Shown: positions 44,441-58,549 of the stretch, piece after piece
Position numbering within the stretch: the stretch's first letter is position 1
Layout: each line of letters starts with the position of its first letter
Origin: the human T2T-CHM13v2.0 reference genome, Homo sapiens
DNA: 64,000 nt
Reading direction: 5' to 3' (one strand)
Assembly (NCBI RefSeq): GCF_009914755.1
Contig: NC_060929.1
The notes under the pieces: model-generated
Database searches by the model: none
What the model saw: the letters and a program-made list of their open reading frames with translations, nothing else
What the model was told of the DNA's origin: nothing
Translations under genes and position numbers: made by a program

Positions 44441-46477
44441 ATTTTTCTTAACATATTAATCATATAAAATATAGTTAAATTACATACAATTAAGATTAAA
44501 TAATTATATATAAATATATATAATTTTAAAAGGTTACTTATTACAGTACAGTTATATTAGAAGATGACAGCATCTTCAAAGTTATGCTCCATTTATTGGC
44601 CACCAAGAAATGTATGTAAAACTTTTCAGAGTGAGGAAGAACACTGTTCTGACTTTTCAGAAAAGCATCAGTAGATACTTGATTTCTATCAACCTAGCTG
44701 CAAAGCTCTCTGTCCAAATTGTGAAATCTACATTAAAAAAAATAAACTCAGTCATAAAATTGACACTTTCAGATATTTTTATCCTACATCATTACATGGC
44801 AGAATAATCCATTTTCTCATCATTTACCTCCTTCCTAGCAGAACAGTCTGTTTTCTCATCATTTGCCTTCTTCCTAACCTAAAACGTTCTAATGAATTTC
44901 AGAGTGCAGTAGCTCTTTGAGAGTTGAATGTCTGTCAGTATTTCAAGACTAGGAATAGTTTCCAGTCTCTTCGGTGGCTGGAGAATTCCCAGTGAGTTAC
45001 CTAATTTGACCACTGGAAATCAAAATTTGCCCCCAACAATATGGTGGTACTGCTGCTGAATTTCTGTTAAATACCCACAGTGTCGGAGTTTTCTAGTATA
45101 TATATGAAATGCCGAGAGCGTGCCACCTTCTCACTGACAATGACCACAGGGGTGTATTGAGTCTTTCGCACTTTGCCTGGCAGCTAATCAAAAGTTCCAA
45201 TTATTTTTGACTTATTATTATGTTTTATTTCAAGGCAAGAATGACATTATCTTCTCATCGAAATCTCTGGTATATTATCACATATTAGGTATCAAATCAA
45301 CATTTATGGAATAAATAAGTAAAACAGCAGTAGGGCAACAGATGCTTATGTGGAAAGCATTCTGCAAGGTGCTGAATGACGCAGTCAGGGAAGATACGAG
45401 CATAAAATTAATTCAGGTGTGGATCCTGTTGACAGTTCTAAGTCTAGTAAAATAGTTGAAATCAACACATCATTAAATAGAATGCAAAGTAATGCTAAAT
45501 TGTAATGAGATGCAAATGAATTTCAAAGATGACTTTCCCTTAGAAAAGATGGAAGGGTGTGGGGACAAGGAGGGCAACGTCACATGCAGGAACTAGTATT
45601 TGAGACGGACAATGGGAGATTATTATTTGACCATGTGAAAGGGATGTCATTCCAGGCTCAAAGAACAGCAGGGATTTAAGCACAGACCTTGACAAATACT
45701 GAATGTGTGTGGTTGTGTTTCAGAGAGCAATTAGATTCCATCTTATTGGAGTTTAGGGGCAAATTTACCATCAGGCAAATTACATTGGAAGTTTGACATA
45801 AGCAAAAGGTTGATATTCAACAATGATCCTAATTTTCTTCGTTTACTGAATTTGATGCAACATCTCATCTATTTCCATACTCCAAATAAGAAACCCTTTG
45901 AAATTTTATGGAACTCATGTGTTTCACTGACAAGAAAATAGTTAATAAAATTTAACTATGTTTTTGACATTTGAGGGTCAATAGTGTAAACATGGATCTT
46001 GCACTATATTGCACTGCAAGGATGTTAGTTTGCCAGTCCCTAAATGTCCCTGTCAACAGTAGAGCTTTTCCGTAATTAGGCAAACACAATAAAGTCCACT
46101 GGGGCTATGGACACCAGTAGATACAGGTTCTTACACCCAAAAAAATAGTGTCAGTTTCTTCTGCTTCATTTATGTTGACATTTTTTTTCACCCATTCCGT
46201 GTGTTATTTTTCATAGCTCCTGCTCCTCATTGCCTCCAGAGTGAATTTTAATTGCTGCTGTCACATCCACTGTTGATTGAGGGGACTGAGGTTACCATAG
46301 GGCTGACATCAGGTAAGAGGGAGTTATTATTAAAATTGTACCCTAACGTAATAGCATAATAGTTTTATTATTTGTACAATTAACAGCCATATTGTTACTC
46401 TATTTTATCTTCACAATGACCCAATGATTGATTTAGGGTATAAACTATAATCCATTTATGTAAAGAGTAGTGAACTG

Positions 46478-46850
<373 letters not shown>

Positions 46851-49800
46851 TCAGTATCACTCAGTTAGTGGGATAGCAGAGGCAATACAGAGATAGCTGG
46901 CCCATTGGTATTTCCTATTCTTGATAAGGTATGTAATATATGTATGCATGTCAACGCTTTTGTTTCATCTGAGAAATATATTTCCCTGCTGCTTAGGAAG
47001 TAATATATTCAAAACATGAACATTCTTATATTAACTTGTTTAAACCCATGTGGGACAACAGGATTGATTTTACTGTTCATTTCTTACAATACTGCGCATT
47101 CAATTAAATACTCTCTCTACTAAAGCAGCTTAATGATTTGAACATTTCAGTGTGATCCGTTCTCAGATCAACTTCAAAAGACTGAATTTAAACCTATCTT
47201 CAAGCTGTGAAGGTTTTAGTTCCTTTCCTTTTTTTTTTTTTTTTTAACTTTTTAAAATTCCTCTGCTGGGAACGAATTAAGTACAGCCTAGCAAAGGATA
47301 GATCCATATTTGCATCCTGCTAATCAAACAAGAACTTGTAAGAATGTAGCAGTGATAAATGTACCACCGTTGAAATCATTTGTATAAGTTGGAGCAAAAT
47401 GAACTGTGACCAACAGATTCCTTCCACAGCCATCACCCGTCTACATTGCTCCAATGTGCGGAAGTGTCTTAATGGATGTACATTATCAAGTTTGCAGGCT
47501 TATTTTCAGTCATAAAGAATAGTGTACCAGATGCTCTTGGTACACTGAATTTGTCACACCGTAGACAAGCTAATATCATTATGTGAGACCACAGGGGAAA
47601 AAATAAAAGATTCACATTTAATCCATATTAACTACCAGGAGACCCATCAAGGCAGTTGGGCTGGCTCATGATACAGCAGCTTCTAGCAAATTAGCAGCCC
47701 ATAACAACTTAGTTATAATGAGCTGCAAGATCTTACACCATAAGCTCAACTCCATTAAACCGAGTTCAAGTACATGAATTCATGTACAAAGTATAACCTT
47801 AACATCTGTCTGTGCTTAGCCAATATTTTGTTTATGCCTTTTTAGGAACAACCAAATTATCTTTGTGTCCCCTGAAACTAGGGACTGTAATTTCCATCAA
47901 CTGCAGTTTTACCTGATAGAGAGGGCTGGACTGATCACCACTGGCCTCCCCGGCTGCGGCGTCCAGCAGCAAGCTATGCATCATCCCGGCAGCTGTTCCC
48001 TACATATTGGGCCAATTTTTTCCCAAACAATTTTCCCTTGCTGTTCAAGTGGGAAAAGCAATAGTCTCCTCAGAAATTAAACAGTCAACAAAGCATGCAT
48101 ATCTAATAAATACTGTAGACCTTGTATTTACTTAAGCCCAATGAGTTAAATCCTATCCTACTCTACTCAACATGGAGAACATGTTTTAATAAACTTAGGC
48201 CATTTTTTTTTTCTCAAAAAGCAATGTCCTCCTTCTTTTCCCACAGTGGACTGACTACTCTTTAGGGACTCAGGAAATACTATCACCATTATTATAACTG
48301 TTATTTCTGTTTTACAGATGGGGAAATAGAGAGATAGACTACCCATGGTTAACCAGTTGCTAAGTGAGGAAACAGATATTCAGTATATAATTTAAGGTAT
48401 TTTCCATGGAGTTTTATGTAAAGAATGAATACATATTTATGGGAATAATCTAACTTTCTTATTATTTTCTGTCTTACATAACAAGTGTACATTATTCACT
48501 TGGGCAGTGTTTTCAAAATTCACATCTTACCTGCAGAAACCTTAGCATGCAGAAAAATGGGTACTGCATATATTGTTATGTCTTTTCTAGAGTTTTACAT
48601 ATCCAAATCTGATCTAGTTCTAATCAATCTAGATGCAACGTCTTAAAGTCTCGTAGAATTTTATATGTGGATGGGATCTAGAAAGTCATTTAGTTCATCA
48701 TCCTTCTCCTTCAAGCGTCAGCCTTTCCAGCAGTTTCTCAATGAAAGTTGACAACAAAAGCAGTTCAAACCCCAATGCATACCATTCCATGGAAGGATAG
48801 CTCTGGTAATCAAATTCATAGTATGGTTTCTTATAAAAATAAAATGATTCTATCTTCTGTTCTACTTCTGGCTTCTAATTTACCAAAGCGTGAGACTGAC
48901 TTTTTCACTGACACAGTAGACTTTGAAAAACCATTTGAAAAATCTTCTCTTCTGTAATTCAAACAGGGGTAGTTTAGAGGTTTCATCATTGTTTTTAGAA
49001 GCCCCCTCCTCCTCTGCCCACACCTTTGCATTGCCCTCTTGTTTTCCATGGCCTCTTCCACAACTCAAAACACCCAACAGTTTATATATGATTTCACATA
49101 TGGCCTAAAAGTATCACTTTTCTTACAACTTTGAAATTAAACTTCCAATAATATAACTTAAGGTTACAGTAGCTTTCTTCCCATTATGAAATAGCTGCTT
49201 TATAGGAAACCTGAATTCAACTATAAATTTTTTTTTTCTGAACCCCTGTCAAACCAGACTTACCTACGCTACAGACTCTTCAGATGATAACTTTGAACCT
49301 GCAGACAAGGTGGGACATGCATCCCAAATTTTTATTTTTTTATCTTATATTTTTCAGCGTTTTATGTTCTTCTTGGAACAGAATTCTGTATCAAACATAT
49401 GCATATTTTCTTAGCCCTGTGTAACCTGCAAATTCTATAGCTTGCTATGAAGATATTAGTCCAAGTCTTTGATTATAGTTTTGAATAGAAAGTACAGAGC
49501 TCAATGATTTGCCACAGACTCTTTTTCAGGTTGATAGTGATCCATTAAACAGCGTATCCAAAGGGATATATAAACATATGTCTACTATATGTCATCAACA
49601 TACACAGATCAGCAAACACCTTGGATTGTTTTCCAGCCCCTAGATGGATTGCACTGTGATGTCAACGTTATCTTATTGGCTCCCTATCTGCAGAATCTCT
49701 GGTGGTGATGGACTCCTTTGCAAACCAAGAGCAATCATTCAAAATTATATAACTGTCATCTTTGGTTGACCCCCAACTCCAGTAATAATCAAGACAGGAC

Positions 49801-52800
49801 AAGGATAAATGTCTAAGCTTCATAAATTACCTATTTCTCATATCTCAGGTTTCAAATTTGATTGTTAACTTCCTTACAATATGCTCAGCGATGCAGCTTA
49901 GCTAGTAGGGGCAGCAGTTGCCTCTGAAGTGGGGCATGGGAAGGGGAAGGGACGGTTTGAACTTATGTTTAAATGTACTGTTCTCTGCTTTAGTTTTTAT
50001 TATATTTTTATATCATAAATGTTAGTACAGTAGTATTTGTATCATGTATAAATAAATGAGCATAAAATGGATGTTCTTACTCAGAAGACTTTTACTGACC
50101 AAGGACTGAGATTAACAAAGGATGGAGACCAGTGGATGAGACACCCACACAGAATAGGCCACAGAATGAAGTGAGAGCCCATTTCTGCTCATCTGGTCTG
50201 CATTACAGCTACAGTATACCCTAACTTGGCACTGGGAAGCCCCTGTATGAGAGACAATAAATTCCTACTCATTTGGAAGGGATCATAGAATTGAAGCTTT
50301 TAATTTTGCAGTTATGGAAACTGAAGTGGAGAGAGATTAACTGACTAAAATGAGCAGCTTTAAAGCCCATTTGGGACATTCCAGGGAAAAGAAAATGAAA
50401 TGAAATAAAGTTCACATCAGAGTGGGACCTGATTCTATTCCATTGTTCTTTCTCAAAATATATTGCCCCAGTTAGGAAATAAACAAACCAAAAACCAAAA
50501 CAAAGAAAGAAAAGAAAAACAAGGAAATGGAGAACGACCGTCACTGAACTACACCTTTTGGCACCACATAAATGCTGGCAGATGTTCTGGTGAGAGCATC
50601 AAGCACAGTGAAGTAACAGCAGTGCATTCCCTGTGCCGAATATTCACCTTGTAACTTAAATTCCGTCAGCATTCAGCTTTCAAAAATTGTGACTATCCAC
50701 CTTTTCTAAAATAACACCAACACATCATCAAAAAATAAAGGTTTACATATAGAAATATTCAGTCCTAATCTTGCTCCAGTAAAATATTCTTCTACAGATG
50801 GAAGAGGAAGACACCACACACTTCATAGACAGCATCATATGGAGCCTGGACCACAGTGATAAGAAGGTTGCCACTGTTACTCTGAGAAAGTTATATTAAA
50901 AACACATGCATCTTTTCTTAGAATCATACAATTAGAATGCGTCGGTGCTAGCACAGAAAACAGCCTCTGACCACCAATCTCATATTATTTCCTCTACACT
51001 ACAATGAAGGGGCCTATTTCATACCTGGTTAAATACACTAAGAATTTTGGATCTCATGAAAACTCACGTTTTCTCAAAGTTTCTCAAAGACATGAATGCT
51101 ATTTTTAAGCAAGGCTGATAAAGTTTTTCTGGCTTCCTTCTAAAAATGAATGCAAACAGTAAGCTCTTACATAAAATTGACAGGGATAGACTCACTTGCC
51201 CTCCTTAGGATGGGCGTAGCCTCTATGCAGCCACAATGCAACTGAGTCAGGAAGCTGCATTTATAACAGTTGCCCTGGGAATTCTGACACCAGTAATTCA
51301 CATGGTATCCACCATCATCCTGAGCTCCATGCTGATCAGTGGCTCAAAAAGTTTCTTGTAAGGGAAAAGTGCCTGGAGCACCTGGATGGAGGTAAATCGT
51401 AAAACAAAACAGAAGGGGCGTATGCAGTGAGAGTGGTCTAAGAACAGGCAGAAATCTAGGAGGGTTTTCTAAAATCTAAGTGAGATGCTTAAATTGAGCA
51501 ATGCCCATGGATAGAAGAAGGCTGAAGGAGGGAGGGTCAGCTTCAGTTAAGTACACGTGGATACAAAATCCTGTGTTCATTTAATTCTGTGATCTCAGAA
51601 ATACCATGTAATGGAATAATTACTTAGCGTAAATTTTCACATCAATCATACTGAGATAATGTCTAACATGTAGGGCCCTTGTGAAAGTTTAATGCGATAT
51701 TATGGGTAAATAATCAAGAGCACACTGGATGTGCAAAATAATTTTATTGATTTTTATTTCAGAATAATAACAAAATAAACAGAGAGGTCAGGTTTATAAA
51801 TTTTTAAATGAAGAAATGTAAATTTCCTATTTAATTCTACACACCCAGAGATAAAATAAGTTCCTAAATGGAATATGCATGACATCTGGTCAATATCTAT
51901 GCATTCTATTTGCCAAATACATGCCCAAAAGTACCAGCATCTACAAACTAAAGTCAGGGCCAGGGCAGCACCTCAGGGTTACGTCTGATTCTACAGACAC
52001 AGCCTCACAATTAACTGAAAGTCTCCCTTTTTAATTCTTTTTCATCTCCACCTCTGTTTTTACGGTTTCCAATTTTTGGAAGAAGTACTCCACGATAATG
52101 TGGGTGCAGTTAATCCCCCACCTCGGCAAGTAAATTTAATTACATTTAACATTTCAACACTGAATATAGTATCTCTTGAAGAGATTCCATTAATGCTGAT
52201 GAAAATTACCAGAAATTGGTTCAGAAGAGCATGGGGGCTTGAAATGAACTGAGGCAGATAAAATTCATGAAGAAGGAACGTGTGACTAATGCGAAAGCTA
52301 TGCAATAAATAACCATCTTCAGAGTTGCTCTCCTTGTAGGAACACGTATGCAAATGTTACTCTATACATGCAAAACAGTAGTGGAGGCGGAAAGGATGCA
52401 GAAAGGCTCTAATAATTGTTTTGCCTTGTACTAAAACAATTAGACAGTTGACCAACACTTAAAATTAGTTTTTGTTCTATATATACATATATATATATTT
52501 TTTTGGGGGGGGGGGAGGAGGAAGCTAGTACTGTTTAAAGTCACCGACTAACTCAATATTTTTTATTCCTAGAGGAACGCCCATAATGTTGAAAAATATT
52601 TACACACTGGAGAAGATCACAATGTAATTAGCCACAATGCAGTGTTTATTAAATTCCTAGAGATTACAGAGTTTATTTTTAAAATCATATGTGCTGAGTT
52701 TAATTAAACATATCAAAGGTAGCATGAACTTCATGGTATAGAAGCACGTAATTTGATTCAAAAATAACAAAAATGCACCCACTTTTGCTCTGTTTTCTAG

Positions 52801-53550
52801 GTAAGCTAGTATTAGATATGGCCAAATAATATCACCATGCACATGATTAACACTGATTGGTAATTCTTAGGACCCTAAAGATACGTTTTGTTTTTTTGAG
52901 CAGAACTTGATCAGAGCTACTGACTGAATATGATTCTGTAAAAAATCCAGGCCACTGCATCATTTTTCTCATGCTAATAGAGGATAGAAACATAAAGAAA
53001 TACATGATTTAGTATTTTAGAAATTATATATACTTCTTCATGTGTTCTGTGTTGAAAACATACTTTGGAGAAAATGCAGATAAATCACAAAACCCTAGGG
53101 AGAGCTGCGGCATTACAATAATGGCCATGCTTTTCACAGTGGAAGGAACAGGCAGAGCATACAGAAGTCAAGGCATTTGTGACATTTCCATAGCTGGAGG
53201 GTGGTAACAGGAGACCACCCTGTTTAAGGTTGTTTCACTAAGAGTCTGTCTGATATCATATACCATGCCATAGAAGGGAAATACTCAGGTCTTACTCTCC
53301 TCCGATGCAGAGTAAGAAGGGTGTTGGAACATAAGCAATTGTGAATCTGCTGCCTGTAACTGACCACTTCTCTCCTACTTAAGAGAGAATACGGGGTTGC
53401 AAGTGATAACCTTCAATACTCACTACTGTATCTGTTTCACTTTTTTAATCGGGGGAAAAAGAACACTGTATATTTGATGTTAGAAAAAAATGTATTTTTT
53501 CTAACACACTATATTTATTTATATATATAACACACTATATTTATATATTT

Positions 53551-53560
53551 TATCTATCTA

Positions 53561-53611
<51 letters not shown>

Positions 53612-53613
53612 AT
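53551..53613. repeat. (TCTA)n / GATA tetranucleotide STR
   Basis: More than 10 tandem TCTA units, preceded by a short duplication taacacactatatttat. Confidence 0.95.
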
Positions 53614-53619
53614 CAGATT

Positions 53620-54200
53620 CTCATTTGTTTGTTCAGTAAATACACCAGGCACAGCCTAAGTGCTAGAAATGCATCAATGAAAAAAATCAGACAAAAATCC
53701 CTGCCTTCATGAAGTTTACATTCTAATGGAGAAAACAGACAGTGAACCAAATAAACAGATTACATAGAGCTACCTGTGGTCAAGGCAATTTAAAAAAGCA
53801 ATTCAGGAAAATAAGACGATGGGGAGACAACTTAAGTAGAATAATTAAGAACAGCGTCATTGACAAGGTGACATTCAGAAAAGATGGGGAAGAATGAGGA
53901 GGTGAGGCGTGTGTATACCTGGGCTGGGGGGTGAGGAGAAAGGAGGGGCTAGGACGGTGCTTCATGCAAAGTCAACAGAAAATGCAGAATCCAAGTTCTA
54001 GGGGCATGTTCTAGGAGAGGTGAGGAGTTTCCTCTGCAGGAGCAAAAAGTGAGAGGAGGAAACATCTTGGGAGGCGTGGGAGGGATGGGTGGCTGGTGGC
54101 AGAGCACAGAGGCCCTTGTTGGCCACTGCAGGGACTTCTGCTCTGCATAGAGTAGTAACATGATAGGATTTACATTTTCATAGGATTCCTTTGCCTGCTA
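53620..54200 (-). mobile_element. L2 3' region
   Basis: ccaggcacagcctaagtgctag..cagacaaaaatccctgccttcatgaagtttacattcta. Confidence 0.75.
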
Positions 54201-56914
54201 TTCGAAAATAATCTTTATATTCATTTATTAAAGGTTATTTTGTGTGTCACTTAATATTTATTCATCTCAGCTACATGGGGAGGACCTAATAAACACATAT
54301 AAATGCATCATATAAGCTATCTCACTGTTCATGCTCTCCTTGGCCACGACACCAGCACAGCAATTACTTTACTACATCCCAGGTACTAGTTCTCACATCT
54401 GGATCCCACCAGACTTTTTAGTTCTTGATCCCTAGGGAATGTCTCTTCCATTTTTATATGTGGCAATTCAATATTTAGAACAGAGGAATGACTCAAAAAA
54501 CATTTGTTGAATACAAGACATTTCGAATGCAAAATATAAGACTTCTAAAATAGCCACAAAACTCAACTCTAAATCAGAATTCACACGTTAATAAGCTACC
54601 TGTAGAAACACAAACATAAATCTTTGTTCCCACACCATTCCAACTGGAACTTTTGATCAGACTTATTAGATAGGATTCTCCAACTTGGCCATTATCATCA
54701 CATAAGAGTTGAACCACATCTGGAAGTGTGTGGACAAATAAATACATATATATTTAACAATGAAAATTCTTTTTTCTTAATTGTGTGGATAAAATTTGTG
54801 AGTCAAATGGGCAAATATATATTTTTAAACACTTGAAACTATTTTTTGTTAATTGTGTGGATACAATTTATGAGTAAAACACCCCAGAAAAGATTTTGTA
54901 ACATGGCATTAGAAAATTCTCACAATTTTTTTTATTATGTTTGACTCTCTGCTTTTGTTTAAAATGCCACCTAAAGGGCCTACTTAGTATGTTTTCAGAT
55001 ATATCCACATAATATAAATACCTGGATTAAAAAAAAGTAAGTGTTCAAATTTAAAATATTTATAGTCGGAAATATAAGGGAATGGGCAAACATAATCATA
55101 ACATCAATGAGTTAACTTAATTGCGTTTTTAAACTCTTTATTTGGATCACATACATATACTGTGTCCTATAGTTTGAAGACTTAGTGTCACGTAAATCTA
55201 TTAGACTGATTTACAAAAAATGTGAGCACCCAAACACTATATTCCTGATGTGAGACTTCATAGTCATTTACTTTTATAGTTCAGCAAAATTATTAAATTA
55301 CAGTCAATGTGGAAAACACTTCCAAAGGTCAAAGTTTTCTTAAATCACTTTCTAAATCCATAGCATTGAGATTGACTTTCACGCCTTAAAAATAAAAAGA
55401 TTTCCTAGCTTTAAGACAATAAACATAAACTTTTACTTTTATTTAATAATTAGTTGAAATGAAATACTTAGTAAGAGATGCCCTCAGAATAATATCTTTC
55501 TTCTGATATTATTCTGATATTCTGATATAATAAGGGCCTTTCTTCCTCAGTTTCTTTAAAATAAAAATATCCATGGGTAGGCAATTAACATATTAAAACA
55601 TGAAAATATGTTTCTGATAAAATTAAATCATTTTTAAGTCAACATGGTCATTCTTCACACTTAGTTTATAACTTACAAAGTCATTCAAATTTCATATAAT
55701 ATTAATCAAACATAAGTTTTATCTTGTGTTTGTCAAAATTAAGGTGAAAATCATTTTGTATCACTATTATTATTCATTTGAAAATACTTTAAGTTTAGAG
55801 ATAAATACTTAAGGACTTTTTTATAAAGACTTTATAAATACTAAAGAATCTCTCAGGCATTCCATTTTACCGCACTCACAATTCTACAAGGTACAGCCAA
55901 CTTAAATATATAACAATCTAAAATATAATTCCACAGATTGTCATTTTATTCAATCACTGGTTTCAAAAAATCAATTTGTTTCTTTAATCTGTTGGGTATC
56001 ACAATTTTTTTTTTTTAACTACAGTGGTGGCACAGGTGAAATCTATGAAGCCATTGTAAATTTTGGGCAACAATTTTCTCAATGAGTTATTTGAATAAAA
56101 GCAATCTTGAAACACTTGGTAAAGGTTTTCTATAATTAAGGGGTGTGTGCATCTTATTTACACCTGCACCATTTAGAGTGTTCAAAACATGTAATTATTG
56201 TATTCTAGTTCTAGTATAAACTTATCACTGAGAACCAAATAATCTCTGCCAAAAAGAGAAAGCTATGCAACAAGTTAGCTGCCCAGTATATTAAATTTTT
56301 GGCTACTTCACATGGTGACTCTGGTTGGGTGATTTTTTTTCCTTTACTCTCCATGAATAATTTCTTTCTGGATGGGGTTATTCCTTTAACTGCGCATCGA
56401 AGGAAAAAAAAAAAAGACCTACAATTTCCAAATTAACTCTTACTTAATTCTCACAGAATTGTATGTGATTACTTACATGGATAATCATAACTTTCATAAA
56501 ATCTAAAGTATATATCTATGACACACCAAGTCTTACTAAAAACAATAATTAAATGGTTATAATGGTTAGTTAATAGGGAAATGACCCATGAATTCTTACA
56601 ACCACTTTCTGTTTAATTTGGTTATTTGGTTTTACAATTTCAATGTTCAGATGCTGAATAAATTGATAACTGTGAGGTCAGAAATAAATTCTTACCATAT
56701 TTTCTATACAGAACTTTAACCTGCAGTTTTAAAACTTTAGTTAAAATTATCACAAAAACAACATTCATAATGAAAGCATTGAAAAACCAAACACGGTTAG
56801 TTTTCACTTTTTGTCTTTTACCTTTACTGTACCTTTTGAAATAAATGGTCCTTAAATACTTGAAAACTGTAGTCTAGGCAAACAAGACGACTAGTCCCAA
56901 AGATGAAGGGTTAC

Positions 56915-57014
56915 TCTTCCCTCCTTCCCCAGGCTGTGGAGCAGGCGGTTCCTGGCATCCTACCCACCTCCCTCCTCCCTCCCTGCACCACGGCTAAAAG
57001 GAACTACAGAGCAG
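56915..57014 (-). promoter_or_regulatory. CTNND2: Probable internal alternative first exon/promoter of CTNND2 (N-terminally shortened isoform)
   Basis: Short GC/CpG-richer, repeat-free patch in AT-rich sequence, with a minus-strand donor GGAAGA|GTAACC (GT at 56914-56913). I recall CTNND2 variants starting about 24 kb upstream of exon 3. The 5' boundary is approximate and other donor-like sites exist near 56820-56835. Confidence 0.6.
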
Positions 57015-57366
57015 CTCAAAAACCGAGAAGGGAGTGAAGAACAGCCTCGAAAAAGTCAGGACGCTGAATTATCCTATGGTAATTTCTGCTTTCACTCGCA
57101 AACAGTTTAAAAGAAAGCAAAGCAAGACATATCAGAGATACCACAAGCCCAGTGGTTGCTGTCTTAAAAGAGAAAAGAATAGAGTTCAGCCAGGCACAAA
57201 GGTCTCCATGGCAACAGTGAATTTAGACCCCCATTGGCATTATTTATGCAACATTTCATCACAAAAGGACCCTCCCACTAGCCTGCCTGGCAAATTCTAG
57301 TTTTCTAATCTTCCGTTCCTTTGCTTTGAATGTATCTGGATTCTTAGCTATCTGTATGTTAACATT

Positions 57367-57369
<3 letters not shown>

Positions 57370-57401
<32 letters not shown>

Positions 57402-57415
57402 CAACAACAACAACA
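57370..57415. repeat. Compound (CA)n-(CAA)n microsatellite
   Basis: About 14-15 CA units followed by about 5 CAA units. Confidence 0.95.
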
Positions 57416-58134
57416 AAAAAACACATCATGAAATGATTATCAAACTCAAAATAGACTTTATTTCCTTGATGAATTCAAAAGCAAGAGGCAGTTTCAAGAT
57501 TGTTTAGAGTTCATATTCAAAGCCAGTCCGGTTTTGGTTTCAAAGATGAACAGCTGTTCAACAAATAAGTTTATTCAAATTATTTGGTTTTTTGAAATAG
57601 ATTACAATTCAAAGAGAATACAAAATGGCAAAATCCTACCAACCCAAAAGGCTCACAGGAAAGACAGCTTGCTAGATACGGACTTTGAAGCTAAATTTTA
57701 TATAATGATATCCATCCCCACCCACTCCTAGCTATTATAGTACCTCAAACAACTCCTTTGAGTCTTTTACCTGATTCTTTCTATTTTAGCCACAGCTTCC
57801 AAAAACATAAATTCGGCAAAGTATTTTAAGCACTTTTTATTGACCTTTGTACCAAATGGATCCCAGGTCCACATTTTATAATTAGACGACCTGGGACAAG
57901 TTATTTAAAACAGAGGTAACGCCCCAGTGGAATTAGGTTGCTGTGAGTATTAACAAGATGATATCTGCAGAAGTACTTTCTTCAATTCTAAAACAATATA
58001 CAAATGTAAATGGTTAGGATAATATTTGATGGCACTGAAGGGAAACACTAGTCTTCATTTGAAAAGGGCTGTATTTAGTATTAGTTCAAATAGGAACTAA
58101 ACAAGGTGACTTCTTAAAAATAAGATTTTGTAAA

Positions 58135-58429
58135 TTTTTTTTTTTTTTTTGAGATGGAATCTTGCTCTGTTCCCCAGGCTGGAGTGCAGTGACGCGATCT
58201 AAGTGCACTGCAAGCTCCGCCTCCTGGGTTCACACCATTCTCCTGCCTCGGCCTCCCGAGTAGCAGGGACTACAGGCGCCCGTCACCAGGCCCGGGTAAT
58301 TTTTTGTATTTTTAGTAGAGACGGGGTTTCACCATGTTAGCCAGGAGTCTTGATCTCCTGACCTCGTGATCCGCCTGCCTTGGCCTCCCGAAGTGCTGGG
58401 ATTACAGGTGTGAGCCACCAGGCCTGGCC
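58135..58429 (-). mobile_element. AluY
   Basis: Y-diagnostic gcaagctccgcctcc and ccattctcctgcc, CpG-rich; TSD tgtaaatt. Confidence 0.92.
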
Positions 58430-58549
58430 CTGTAAATTATTTTTTAAAAACATACAAGCTTATTATTAAAAATTCACAGTACATACTTTGATAAAGTACA
58501 GGGTAGTCCTTATTCCATACACTCCCAGCATCAAATCCATTCTCCTTTT

